DNA of 63,440 bases, filler included, from Squatina squatina (Eukaryota), in the NCBI GenBank assembly GCA_031763465.1. It is 3 parts of 2 records of this genome, joined end to end, with 100 filler letters (N's around TTAATTAATTAA, not from the genome) between each part and the next. Parts side by side here need not be neighbours in the genome. Positions count along the whole stretch, not along the records: positions 1 to 30,954 come from JARFOE010000004.1; positions 31,055 to 46,205 come from JARFOE010000046.1; 1 more part is not named here. One strand, written 5' to 3'. Each line of letters starts with the position of its first letter. Positions within the stretch are counted from its first letter, which is position 1. Positions 24,929-38,463 of the stretch are shown here, in pieces. The position numbers and the translations under genes were made by a program. The notes beneath the pieces are model-generated. The model did not search any database and had not been told where the DNA came from. It worked only from the letters and a program-made list of their open reading frames with translations.

Positions 24929-27396
24929 TCTGTGTGAGGAATCAGAGGAGCAAAACTATACACCAGTACTTTGTGCCATAGCTCAACATCAATGCCCTGT
25001 CGCCAAGCACATTTTTGCCTATAAACAATAGCACTACGCAGGTCAGTGGTGCCATTGATCTATTGATTTCTTTGATANNNNNNNNNNNNNNNNNNNNNNN
25101 NNNNNNNNNNNNNNNNNNNNNNNNNNNNNNNNNNNNNNNNNNNNNNNNNNNNNNNNNNNNNNNNNNNNNNNNNNNNNGTGGTCACCTTCATAGCCACAGT
25201 GGGTACTGCTGGCTGGAGGTCATCATACAGTAGGTGGTAGACCAAAATTCAGGGTCAACCTCTTAAACTTTAGATGCAACTAAAAAATATCCATTCCTAG
25301 AATCCTGTTACTGCATGACTAAGAAGTCCAAAGCAAAGGAGACTGCACGGCTGGCCCAGTGTCTACTCTCGAACTTTCCCTATAGGAGCACTCCACTGCC
25401 CAGCGACAGTCAACATAACATGCTGGATAATAAATATTAGATGTCAGATAAAAGAGGCTTGGGAAATCTAGGAAACTTCCTAAATCAAGTGTACAAAGAA
25501 CAATACCAGACCAGGGTTTGGCAACTTTGCGATGTGGAAAGATTAGGAGAGTCTGACATGAAAACTTCATGGCCTTCATATAACACTATAAAATAATAGG
25601 CAACCATGTAATGAGGCCCAGCTCCCAGATTCTCTGATCAGTGTTTCCATCAAATCCATCACCACGGGCGGGACCTCTCAAAGTTGAACATAATATTCGC
25701 AGAGTGTAACTTGAAAGCTACATATTCCTCATTCTATTACTAACCTGTTTGCATCAAACATCTGTAGGCTGGAGAGTACTGCATAGTGTTAAAGCTAAAG
25801 TCTGAATGTGAAGATAGGGAGAGGTGTTTGTGTGCCTGTGTGTTCCCCTAGAGTTGGTGAGTAAATGGAATGCAGCATGAGATTGTTAGTGCTGGCAAAA
25901 GAGGCTATCTACGGAAGAGTACTTTTGTTGCTGGACACAAAATGTTCAGGCTCTGTTGCTTAAATTTCAGACTCTGACCCTTGATTGTTCTAGAAGCTAT
26001 ACTGTCAGAAGGGTGCTGTATTACAATAGGTGGATGTTGACTGCTGACACCAAATATTAGTGGTTCCTGTAACCATGTTTCATCTGACGATTCCCACCCA
26101 AAATGCAAAACATGAGGTATCGTACCATGGCACATAACATTATTTCAAGTGCTCCAGTGCAACATTGAGTTTAATATTAACACTAAATCGTATGGCTTAA
26201 GTACTTGCAGCATGGAATGTCTGTTGAGCTCCATATCATGGGTCCATATCATGGCTTGTAACAGGCCTGAGCCACTTTTGAGTTGGTCTTCCTGTTCAGT
26301 GCTTTACAGATAAAGTGACCAGCTTCCATTAACTTGCATAAATCTATTCCCTAGAGTCAAATAAAGGAACAAAACGCATTTAAAAAGTGGCACGAACAAT
26401 AAACATTCACAACTTTTTCACTAGCAGTCATTTACCGGAAAATAGATATAAAAATCAATATGAAACTAAACTGTAAGGAAATTTTAACAGAAAGGAAACT
26501 GGAAGGTCAGGGTTTTTGTCAGTACATCAAATACAGGACTACATTTGAGGTTTACAGCCCTGAATTTCTGAGAGTTGTCCCAATCTCCTGTGATTCGCAA
26601 AACCCCTAGAGAAATGGAATCATTGGTCATCTTTAGTCGTTAATGCATGGCTTCTGCAGAAATTATATTTTAAGTTCAGTTAAATATTTCTGAATTTTTT
26701 TACAGTTTTGTTAAAGTTTTAGGGTTGCAGACTGGACTTTAGGAACCAATGGTGTTTTCCTTAAGCCTCTACTTTCTTCTGCTTTGAAGACAAAGGAGAA
26801 GATCAAAATGCCAATCATATGTTCGCTCAGCTGGACAAACTCTAGCCTCTGGCCGCTACCCACTCATATCCACACCTCCCTGTTTGCAAATCCTTAAAAA
26901 GCAGTGAGTTGTGCCAGCTGCCAGGGTAGTGTGGACCCAGCTCATTGGGGAGACCTTCAGTTGACCACGATCCAAGCCCATTGCCAAATGAGTCCTACCA
27001 ACACAGTCCCCTTTCGGCAACAAACTCAGCTTGGTTGTTGGTTATCATTCAGTTCTCCTTGACAAGCTACAAGGCCCCCGTTTGAAGATCATTCTGCTGC
27101 TCCTTCGTCCCAGTCATTTCCTCACCTTGCCTCAAATCTCTTGGGAAATAAGTCCTCAATGACGATAACATCTCACTGGCAACAAATCCGGAAATCTTCC
27201 GATTGTTTAAGGCCGCCATGGCTCCCTCTTGGTGCCGGCTCTTGTCTGCCCTTTCCCTCTTGGCCTCCTACTTCTACTGTGGGAGGAGGTTCCGTGGTGG
27301 TTGACTTATGACTTACAGCAAGGGCCTTTGGACGGCTTGAGGTGGACTTCTTTGCCTTTGGTTGCGGCTCATTTTCCCTTTAAGAAAATGTAGAGC

Positions 27397-27767
27397 GTCT
27401 AGTCCTGTTAGAATTTTCTTGGTTTCTATGAGGTCCCCTTTCATTCTTCTAAACTCTAGTGAATATAAGCCTAATCGACCAATCCTCTCCTCATACGTCA
27501 GTCCTGCCATCCCAGGAATCAGTCTAATTGCACTCCCTTTATGGCAAGAACATCCTTCCTCAGATAAGGAGAACAAAACTGCACACAATACTCCAGATGT
27601 GGCCTCACCAAGGCCCTGTACAGCTGCAGCAAGACATCCCTGCTCCTGTACTGAAATCCTCTTGCAATGAAGGCCAACATACCATTCACTTTCCTAACTG
27701 CTTGCTGCACCTGAATGCTTGCTTTCAGTGACTGGTGTACAAGGACACCCAGGTCTCGTTGCACCTC
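27397..27767 (-). mobile_element. CR1-type LINE fragment
   Basis: EVQRDLGVLVHQSLK...LLQLYRALVRPHLEYCVQFCSPYLRKD and IPGMAGLTYEERIGRLGLYSLEFRRMKGDLIE. Confidence 0.9.
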
Positions 27768-27867
27768 NNNNNNNNNNNNNNNNNNNNNNNNNNNNNNNNN
27801 NNNNNNNNNNNNNNNNNNNNNNNNNNNNNNNNNNNNNNNNNNNNNNNNNNNNNNNNNNNNNNNNNNN

Positions 27868-28290
27868 TCATTGAATGGAAGCCTTTCCTGTTCATGTTGG
27901 CAATGGGTTGATGTGAGGAGCTGTGGTGTCCACAGGAAAGCCACCTCTGCTTTGTATTGTTGGAAACCCAGATGCCTGGTGACATTTCTGCCCAGCTACT
28001 GTTTGCTTTTCACAGGGAAGGTAATGAAGATGTTGCCCCATTTCGAGTGTTGCATCTGTCACTTGCTCGATATAGCTGTGGACTTGATAGTCACAGATAT
28101 CCCCTGGAATATCTTGGAAGATTCCATAGGTATAAAAGATTAATGCTGTAGTAACCTTCACAACTTCTGGAAGAGTCATCCCAGTTTTAGTAGTTTTCCG
28201 CAAGTCAGCCTGGATTAGGTGGCATGGCTTAGTTACAACCTCCCTCATCAAGTGCAGAAGGCAAAGACAGATCTCCAATGACATGTTGAT
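27868..28290 (-). mobile_element. Strongly decayed PIF/Harbinger transposase remnant
   Basis: Fragments LPEVVKVTTAL, SGFP and NRKGFHSM parallel the better-preserved copies at 28950 and 39261. Confidence 0.7.
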
Positions 28291-28329
28291 AGGTGTTTGG
28301 GTCTACAGCTGTTGGGGTAATGTTGGCTA

Positions 28330-29787
28330 CTTGGGAAATTTTAACCTGGAGGAGCACGTGGATTTGGGTGCAGGTGGCGGCTGGGTGGGGTGGGGAGTAA
28401 AACTGGCAAAAATGTGAGTGCGTCAGGAAGCTGGCTCCAACCCGCTGACTTCTGCGTTTAACTCAAGCGTGTTAGACTGCTTTTGCGCAATCCCCTTGGG
28501 AAGGGCAGGTTGCCTATTAACATATGCTAATCGCTCAATTGGAGTGATATTTCAACAAAATTTTAAATTTAGCATCTCATCCATGTGTTTCCCAGGCCTC
28601 CTGAAACTCACCAGTAAAAACAATGACAATTGAGGGGGCTGATTAAAACTGCAATAAATACTCAGTACTCACAGCTGCTTTGCTTTACCTACTAGTGGGA
28701 AAGGGTTTGTTCACAGTATTTTTGCTGAGCATTTACCTTCTACACTTTGGAGATTTTCTGAATCACATCAGGCTGGGTGGCACCTTGGCTGACCTTGGAC
28801 GAGGAGCAATATGACCAGCAGCAGCCTGCTGTTCATCGATCCCAAGCTGGACAGCTAGAGGGAAGCAGAAGAGAGGAAAGCATCAGAGGGGAGCAACTCA
28901 CAGGAGGCACTACTCACAGCACAGCACAGGGTATACAGGCAGAGGCTGAGTTTCCTTGACATGGTAGAACACCAGTACCTCAGGAGGCTCAGGTTGTTGT
29001 GTCAGGTGGTGGCAGACATCTGCAGCCTCATAAAAGATGACCTGCTCCCTGCTGGACCTAGTGGCAATGTGTTACCAGTTGCTGTCAAAGTGACCACCGC
29101 CTTCAACCTTTTTTGCATCCAGATCCTTCCAGGTCTCTGTCGGGGACATATCCAGGATCTCCCAGTTGGCAGGCCATAAGTGCATAAGACAGGTGTCTGA
29201 TGGATTGTTTGCCATGGCTGGCAATTATGTGAACTTCACCTGCGATGACACCAGACAAAGTGAGCAGGCGCTTGGGTTTGTTTTTCTGGCTGGCTTCCCA
29301 CAGGTGCAGGCTTCATCGACTGCACATACGTGGCAATCCGCGCACCCCCAGATCAACCAGGAGTATTCGTGAACCACAAGGGCTTCCACTCTATCAATGT
29401 GCAGCTGGTATGCAATCACAAAATTTTAGTTTCTGCAGATGTATGCAAGATTCCCGTGGAGCTGCCATGAAGCTTTTGTCTACGGCAGCCCAACCTCCCT
29501 TATGTCTTTGGACCTACTTAAAGGGTGGCTGCAAGGAGACAAGGGATACCCAATTCAAACTTGGCTGATAACACCTGTCAGAAACTCAACCAATGAAGCC
29601 CAATAGTGCTATAATGAATGCCACATAAATGTGGCAAAACAGCCATCAGCGTGCTGAAGATGCACTTCAGGTGCCTAGACATCTGGAGGTGCTCTTGAGA
29701 ATGCATCAGCCAGGGTCTCCAGAATGGCCGGAGTATACTGTCCTCTGCCCAACATTACACAGCAACGAGGGTGGGACCTGCAGGAGG
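28330..29787 (+). mobile_element. PIF/Harbinger DNA transposon remnant (HARBI1-like DDE transposase pseudogene)
   Basis: Fragments across frames: RRLRL...DICSLIKDDL...LPVAVKVTTAFNLF, AGFPQVQ / FIDCTYVAI, VNHKGFHSINVQLVC, GWLQGDKGYP; multiple frameshifts and stops. Confidence 0.88.
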
Positions 29788-30954
29788 NNNNNNNNNNNNN
29801 NNNNNNNNNNNNNNNNNNNNNNNNNNNNNNNNNNNNNNNNNNNNNNNNNNNNNNNNNNNNNNNNNNNNNNNNNNNNNNNNNNNNNNNCTACAGCAGTACC
29901 TCATGTGATTCCTCTCACTCTGGCCTTTTAATTGCTGTTTGCATTGGCAAAGAAAATGCACCAGGTCTGGTTTGTGCTCTGTACTTCCGGTCCTTGCTTT
30001 CACGAACATCAGCATAGGATATTGTACTAGGCACAAGTTGTGTTGTGTAAACATAAACCGGTAATTTATCCTGTCACTCCACAAAGTTCAAGCTCTAATT
30101 GCATGAGGTTGGGCGACTCAGACGAACTGTTCTCTGAAATACTTACAAACTGTTACACTCTTAGAATTATTTATTTTTCTGTGAAATTCCAATGTGAAAT
30201 GAATGAACTGCAGCAGAAATTGTGGTTGGGTTTTAATGAAATAAAATATATATTTTTTTAAATAGCAACTATAGTAAAGTAACTTGCTGCCAAAAGAATG
30301 TTTATCCATGTGAAAATACTGCTCATATCACAAGATGCTGGGGATCGCTAGTTTACATTAACCTTTATCTCAAACTGCAGGCACCGATTTGCTAAAGCCT
30401 TTAACACAAATGCAGTTTATATTATATTTTCCATTCTGGATTGCAATAATTATACTTTGTAGTTAATGGTGAACAGTTGTAATTCTGTTTTAACTCCCTG
30501 AATGTGGGTGGTACAGCTGAATACCCAGACCGCTCAGTTCAGTTCCACGTATACATAAATAGCACCCCATGCAGAGAAAATAATCTTTGCAAGGCGATCA
30601 CTGGTTGTATATATAATTTTACATACTTGCCTCTTGAATTACATGGTCCCCACAAGTACAGTGGGCACAGACCTACCTTCTACTAACTGATAGACTCAAG
30701 CCTCCTTGTTACAAATTTGTGGGACACAGTAAAATGGTTCTTGTTTAAGGATTTATTAGGGGCCGATGCTTGAGGTCCAATTTTGACTTTAATTAAGACC
30801 ATGCCAAGGTTCTTAATAACAGAGTGTGTTCTGATGAAGTTTCACTTTTTTTTTCCTTTCAATTCTAATCCAAAATAGGGTAAGCCATATTCTTGTCGCG
30901 GAAGAATTTGTATCGTAACTTTCCTCCTCTCCCCTCCCTGCCCCTGTCACTTTT

Positions 30955-31054
30955 NNNNNNNNNNNNNNNNNNNNNNNNNNNNNNNNNNNNNNNNNNNNTT
31001 AATTAATTAANNNNNNNNNNNNNNNNNNNNNNNNNNNNNNNNNNNNNNNNNNNN
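30955..31054. other. Artificial junction spacer N44-TTAATTAATTAA-N44
   Basis: Palindromic 12-mer with stops in all six frames, centred in exactly 100 positions. Confidence 0.92.
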
Positions 31055-34000
31055 CAATTCATTTTTCTAATCAATTTCGAATGCTCTTTTCATTTTTTTT
31101 TCCTCTGGTACATTATCATCATAATCCCAAAGGATGTCTCAAGCTACAGCTCAATGCTACCAGATCCTGCATATTGTGAAAACAAACAGAAAAGATATAT
31201 AATGATGCAATGTGATAATGTAGTAAAATATAACCGGCTATGGCCCATACTTAATCTATCATGAAATTAATTCCTTTACACACTTAAATATTTAATGATT
31301 GTTTTTTAAAAGTCCCAACCTCAGCTTGCTTACTTTAAAAAATGAAACAAGGGAACTAGGTAATGTATTTGCCCAGAAATGCAAAACATTGTGACAATTA
31401 CTCAGCATTTGAAATCAGTCCAGATACTTTTGAGTTTTATGGAGAAGCTGTTGATTGCCAAGATCTTGATAATTTGAGGTCTGATGAAATCTTAGTTGCC
31501 ACGGCAACACAATTAGAATCCATCAATCACAAATTCCCTACATAAAGCTGAAGTGATGAGGGCTATTTAGCATGTGCACTCACCCCAAAAAAAGGCTTTT
31601 TTTTTAATCCCTGTGTATCAAACANNNNNNNNNNNNNNNNNNNNNNNNNNNNNNNNNNNNNNNNNNNNNNNNNNNNNNNNNNNNNNNNNNNNNNNNNNNN
31701 NNNNNNNNNNNNNNNNNNNNNNNNGACAGGCAGGAAGTTGGACCACTCCCATGCATCCAGCAAGATAAGCACGGGGGGAGGGTCGAAATCATGGAGGGTG
31801 AGGGTCCCCGAGCTGGTAGCAGTCCAGATTACTTTTTTGAGGACTAGAGCAGTGGGAATGTTCTTCCTAGTCCTACAAAAATAATTCCAAACTTGTCTTG
31901 GCTGGGCCTCTTTGGCTCAATCACCTATGGAACAAGTTGCCTGTTGTCTGAGCTACACAGTGCAGACCCCTTTCAAAAGGTCAACAGTCTCTTGGCCTGT
32001 TCAACGGCATTAATGGGGCAGTAAGGCTGCCAAGCCATTTCTGCCCCTTTAACACCAAGTGATGAAAGGGAAAATTGACTCCTAGGAGTTTGTTCAAGGG
32101 CCAAATAAATATCAGCAACATAACTTTATAACCTTCCCGCAAAGTAACACAGGCACCAATCTTAGAGAAAATATCACATAGTCTGCAGTGCACAAACATG
32201 GAAGCTTTCTGAAATTTATGTCTTCAAAAGACAATGTTCTATTTTCCCACCAAATCATCCATCTCATACAGCAACCATTGACAGTACTGTGAATATCACT
32301 TACAATACCTGAAGCTTAATTGTCATAGATGATAAATTTTATTTATTAGGCCATACAATTTATGAATATTTCCACTGTGCATTCAAACACCTGTTCTCTT
32401 CTAGTCAGTCAGAGATAAAGTACACGGAGAGTGGAATTTAACATGTATATACATCTTAGTTATTACTGGGGCAAGTTAAGAATGAGGCCAGACAGCCAAA
32501 CCTTCAACTAGGATACATTGGCAAAACTAGTGACTGAAAGATTCAGGAGTATATTTTCCTTTTTTTTTTACAAAAATAGGGCTACTAACCCTATTTGTAG
32601 AATTTAAAACTGGCAATCAGAATGAGGAGTGTGTCCGATTTGGTAGTGGGTGATTTTATATGATACTAATTCAATAGCAGGAAGGTAAGAAAATCACCAA
32701 ATCACAATGCATCTACAAACATACATACAAACATACTNNNNNNNNNNNNNNNNNNNNNNNNNNNNNNNNNNNNNNNNNNNNNNNNNNNNNNNNNNNNNNN
32801 NNNNNNNNNNNNNNNNNNNNNNNNNNNNNNNNNNNNNAAATAAATTTCTCTACATCATTAGAAATATCTAAAGTATGTGACCAAAAATTACAGCGCTCAC
32901 AAATCTTCAAAGTTTTGAACAATATGCTTTAAACTTTTGCCCCTTCTTGAGATTTGCTAATAAAAGTGTAAACTTTCAAATGGATCTAGTATTATATCTT
33001 TAATTAGTGCCTTGATTAAAAAAAGCTCCTTTGCTGTAAAGTATTCACCAGAGAGAATATTGTGAAGTAAAGTCAATATCAAAGCTCCGTAACACACTGT
33101 TGAACTGAAATCACAGAAAGCAGCATGCTCAACAAAAGGAGCTTAACTGACAGTGCTCCTTCATTTTAATTTACATAATCCCAGAGATCAATGTGATCTT
33201 GAGACACAAAGGTCCCACGGGGATAGCGACATGTCTATCTCAATAAAAGGCAGCATGTTCTTATTGATCTGAACCATGGAATTCTCTATTGAAAGGAAAA
33301 GAAAAAGACATTGTGATGTGTCCCTTTTGGCCCTCTTGAGTCATGACAAGATTAGAAATATTAAGGACAAAACAGTGATCTTTTCTGTTCCTAATCCTTT
33401 TCTTTCCTGGAACAAAGTTAAACCTATCAATTTCCATAGCAAATTATATTACCAGCATGTAGGGTTTTTAAAAAAAGATTATGACTGCTAATCTTTTCTC
33501 TTTTCTTCCACCCAGTTTCCATTTAATTCTCCAATCTGTATAATGCTCAAGACATCATTCCAACATGGGGAGAGAGATATGAATTTATGTTGTTGTTATG
33601 TTAGTTTACACAAAATTAGATTTCTATGTGCTTATTTTTCCTTCCTTTGTTTCTACTGCTTTTGCATTCCTGCAACATCACCCATCAGCCAAAAAGGCTA
33701 GTTTGGTTGGGGCTCACAACTGCACCAAGGTGGCATTATATTCACTGACAGGAACTAAATACTGCCGCGTGGTATGGTTAAGCATGCCATTTTTCTTCTA
33801 CTCCGAGATGGGATGCTCTTGTAGTAGGGGCCCTTTACATTCTCCTGGCTGGCGAAGGCTTCAGTCACACCATCCGGCCTTATTCTCAAAGAAGAAAACA
33901 ACTTTTAAGAACTGTATCAATTCAAAATGTTCACAATTACAAGCTATTGAAGGTGTTTTGCGCAGTCCTGTGAGCAAAATTCAATTGTGGAAGGCAGTTA

Positions 34001-35944
34001 AGCTTAGTCTGGGATTCAAATGCATTTCTTTCATCCTGGACTCAAATGTGTTATCATCAGAACAGTGCAACAAGCCTGGACGAGTGCCTCAAGGGCTGCC
34101 TTTGAGAAACAGGGGGCCCTTAAGTTCTATTAAAAAAAATATTTTTTCTATTCACCTCTGATGGAGAAATTATGACAATTATACAAATTTAATCACCTAA
34201 AATTAGCAAATGAAGCATGTCAACTAGTTTGTGGGTGCAGAGTAGCTAAAGGTAGGGTTATTGGAGAGGAAAAGCAGTAATGATGCATGGTTTGGGAGTT
34301 TACAGGAAAACACAAATAGCAATTTAGCATTATTTCCTNNNNNNNNNNNNNNNNNNNNNNNNNNNNNNNNNNNNNNNNNNNNNNNNNNNNNNNNNNNNNN
34401 NNNNNNNNNNNNNNNNNNNNNNNNNNNNNNNNNNNNNNCTAAAATAAGATGCTGGTGAGAGACAGACAGAAATCCAATGACCTGGTGGAACTGTTGGGAC
34501 CCTTCGTAGTCCCCCTAGGATCCCAGGGCCCAGGTTGAAAATCTTAGCTGTGAAGAAACAGAATACCATGGGCACATTTCAAAAACATAACATTACAACA
34601 CGAGCAAATCAATACACAACTGCAGGAGAAACTCTGAAGAGCTGAATGCACTGCAGTTAAAATTGGTCTTACCTTTGTTCCAACTGATTCCAATGACACC
34701 CAAAGGCTGACATTCCTTTGTTCATGTAGCTTCATGAAAATGTGAATATGCGTAAAGTGGTAAAATGATGGGACAAGTGGCAGAGTGATGGCAGAAAGTG
34801 GCAATGGATTAATCATTTGTGCTCTGAGCATTCGTAGCTCTCAAAAACATTGGCGAAAAGTTGGAATAAAATCACCATCTGCATGTTAAAACCACTCTTC
34901 AAGGTCATTCAATACTGCATCCCACAATTCCTAAGGCACTTGAAAAAAGTACTTGAGAGAATTTCAGACTTGGTATAAGGGAGGATTATACATGCGAAGA
35001 GCCAGAAGTAGCTAGAAAGGACTGACAGTGAATAGTACTAAAACTCTGTGACTGTAAGCCTAGGTTTAGCAGTAATTGGCAATCTACTGTGGTGTATGTG
35101 GATACGGTGCTCCAGGAGCTCAGAAAGCTCACAAGTTACAGCAGGTACTATCCCAGTGCTTTTACTGCAATAGAGTTAACTTCCTGGGTGTGTTAGAAGA
35201 GCAGTGCCTGAGGAGGAGTCCACGGTTCATTAGCGCGTCAGTCCACAAAAAACTGCAAGGACAGTCAAACATCTACAGTGCACTACAAGTAGATCACTAA
35301 TGGCCGCACCTTTTATGCCACAGTGACCTTTCAGGCGCCCCAGGCGATATCTCGACAGCAGCCGTTTTGTCATAGTTTGGTCCACTAAGTACATAAAAAC
35401 TGCTGCTACATATCTCTCAGCAAAACCCAATGGACACCACCCTTGCCAGTTAGGCAGACAGGAGCACAACGGCCATGTTGCCTAATTCTTCCAGTGAACT
35501 CTGCAATCGAAAAGTATGGTCCTGGATTTTGCAGTGGTAATGACATCGAAATGTCAGTTTTCACTGTCAGTACCGCTCTGAAACTGACCGTAACTTCAGG
35601 ATTTAGCACGTGTAGATAAACGCAGAAATCCTGAAGTTGGGGGTTGGTCATTCCTTGCTCCGCCATAGACTGCGCTGTGGAACCTCACAGAGCCGGTAAT
35701 CAATGAAATCAGTTGAACTGATGAAAACTTAAGCTTTTCCGCTCTAATATCATTGTTAAAAACCCCATAACAAGTTAAGCCTTGTTGAAATAAGAGTAAT
35801 TGGGGTGTTTAATGGTGTTTTGACTGCTTAAAAAAAAGCTTTCTGGCTCTAAAAAAACAAATTCTATATTTGTGGAATGTCAAATTTCTCCATTACGATA
35901 AAAAAAATTCTAGATTTTTAAAATAATAAAAAAAATTAATTAAT

Positions 35945-36103
35945 ACAAAAGCAAAATGCTGCAGAAGCTGGAATCTGAAATTTAAACAAAAAATGCTGGA
36001 AAAAACTCAGCAGGTCAGGCAGCATCTGTGTAGAGAGATGCAGAGTCAACGTTTCAGGTCAAAGACCCTTCATCAGAACTGGAAAAAGTTAGAATTGTAG
36101 CAG
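35945..36103 (-). mobile_element. Penelope terminal-repeat fragment
   Basis: Reverse complement matches the 3' part of the Penelope element at 11410-11515. Confidence 0.8.
36044..36080 (-). ncRNA. Minimal type-I hammerhead ribozyme with intact core
   Basis: Minus strand AGUU-CUGAUGA-AGGGUC-UUU-GACCU-GAAA-CGUU-GACU. Stem I AGUU/GACU, core CUGAUGA, stem II GGGUC/GACCU, GAAA, and palindromic ACGU in place of stem III. Confidence 0.75.
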
Positions 36104-36674
36104 NNNNNNNNNNNNNNNNNNNNNNNNNNNNNNNNNNNNNNNNNNNNNNNNNNNNNNNNNNNNNNNNNNNNNNNNNNNNNNNNNNNNNNNNNNNNNNNNN
36201 NNNGGGAAATGACTGTAAATGATTCAGAATTTTATTTAGCAGCAAGAAATGTAACCTTTAGGTGGACAGGTGCACTGACATGTTTGATATCTGCATATTT
36301 GTACTTTTATCATGCCAAAGATTGTAATTCTAATGACCCAGGGGAATCAAATGAACAATGATAATGAGCACATTCATTTTAACAGATCGCACCAAAGACG
36401 GTGCTCTCGTGCCATGCCCTCATAATGAGTGTCTTATGAAATTAGGCCAGATTGTGGGCATGGAAGCTATACTTAACATTTTTCATTCAAAGTCACCTTG
36501 ACGTTTAAATGATTGCCAGAGTATATCCACCAGCTACATGCTGGGAGGACTACCTGCTTTGACAGCCTTGGGAAACACAGAAGCTACGCAAGGTTAAAAT
36601 ACCAGTTAAGTACGGGCTTTGTTAAAGAGGACTGATTATTCCATTTTAATATTTGAAGGTGAAGAAGATCCTAT

Positions 36675-36766
36675 GACTATTGGCATTGTAAGAGCATTAT
36701 GGCCTTTAGTTACACTGCATTAACAGTACAACTAAAGGTCATAATACTCCTGCAATTTCTATAGTC
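36675..36766. repeat. 92-nt imperfect inverted repeat (hairpin)
   Basis: 43-nt arms align without indels; by hand count 34 Watson-Crick pairs, 3 G-T and 6 mismatches. Confidence 0.85.
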
Positions 36767-38463
36767 CGACAATTTCAACTCATGTCACATAATATACTCG
36801 GATAAAAATGCAAATACTGGCACATCTTCTTTTAAATTAGAATTACCATAGCATACTTTATTTTTTTTAATAAAGACTGCATCATTTGCATATATTTCAT
36901 CACAAGAGCTGATACAACCTTCTGAAAATTTCATAAATACTTTCAGATACACTTAAACAAAGACAAAATATTCAGAGAACCCAAAGGAACAAATTGATTC
37001 ACATACCCTGGTCTGCATTACAAGGCAATAATGGCTCGTTATTAAATAGAAATAACATTTATTGATATTAAACTCAGGGTTAAGGTAGGTCAAACTAATC
37101 CAGCAATGAAGGAAGTAAAAACTGGCAGAGGAGTTGACAGGAGTACAGTGTCACGGTACAATAATTCATTAAACTTTACGTGGAGATGGGTGGCCAGGTA
37201 GAGAGGATGAAACAAGTTGTGATTGGATAAAGCTCAGCTTGAGTCTTAAAAATCTATACATAGGATATACAGCACAGAAACAGGCCATTCGACCCAACCA
37301 CTCCATGCTAGAGTTTATGCTCCACTCANNNNNNNNNNNNNNNNNNNNNNNNNNNNNNNNNNNNNNNNNNNNNNNNNNNNNNNNNNNNNNNNNNNNNNNN
37401 NNNNNNNNNNNNNNNNNNNNNNNNNNNNAGGGACCCACATTTATTTTCATTAATCTCTTCCTTTTTATATACCTATAGAAGCTTTTACAGTCTGCTTTAA
37501 TGTTTCTTGCTAGTTTACTCTAGTATTCTATTTTCTCTTTCTTTATCAATTTCTTTGAATTCTAAAATCCTCCTCAGGCTTACTACTGTTTTTGGCAACC
37601 TTTAATCTAATACTATCTTTAAGAGGGAATAGCCAGGACTTTTAAACTTAGCCATTTATGGATCAGTTCAATTTGCACTTGGACCACCAGTTGGTGTACT
37701 TCCAACTCTACAAGAAATTTGTTTGTCATCAAGTAGGCAGTAACCAAAATCCTTGTGATGTCATGTCCACACAACAGTTGCTTCAAGATAGTTTTATGGA
37801 CGATGATTAACCTCTAATGTGCATGCTTATAGTTGCTCAAATAAATGAATTTGTAGGATGAGATCTTCAGAGCTCATGGTATATTCCTTTCATTGTTCCC
37901 TAATCTGTCTGTTAATCAACTATTTGATATTTTTTGTAAAAAAAAACTTGTTGCTGAACAATTACACCTGTAATGACCTCATCCTCGAAATACATGGTTA
38001 GACAGTGGAGTCCTTCGACACAGCCTTAAAGCAGCTGATAATGAGATGGTAATCAAGGCGTCTGAATGGTAGCTGGTGTGGCAATAGGGCAACATAGCAA
38101 TAGGGCAACATAGGAATATCAAATGTTTTTTAAGACTAGAAGACTGCAATGAATATTAGTGTGCAATGTTCAAGACTGAATAGGTAAGACAGGTGGTCTA
38201 CTTTTAAATCTAGGGAACCTGGGAAGGTAAAGAAATAAATCCTGTTACGTGAAATGATATCTAATTAATTACTTTGATTAGACATTTTAACATGAAGAAT
38301 AAAGTAGGGACATGTTACAGAAAGCTGGTACAGAAGAGAGGAAGCTTACTCTACTCTATGAATNNNNNNNNNNNNNNNNNNNNNNNNNNNNNNNNNNNNN
38401 NNNNNNNNNNNNNNNNNNNNNNNNNNNNNNNNNNNNNNNNNNNNNNNNNNNNNNNNNNNNNNN

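Noticed and set aside
33598-34161. 187-aa ORF, and similar ORFs at 43380-43886 and 50175-50711
   Set aside because: No recognisable domain, coding-like composition or splice support; likely chance ORFs.
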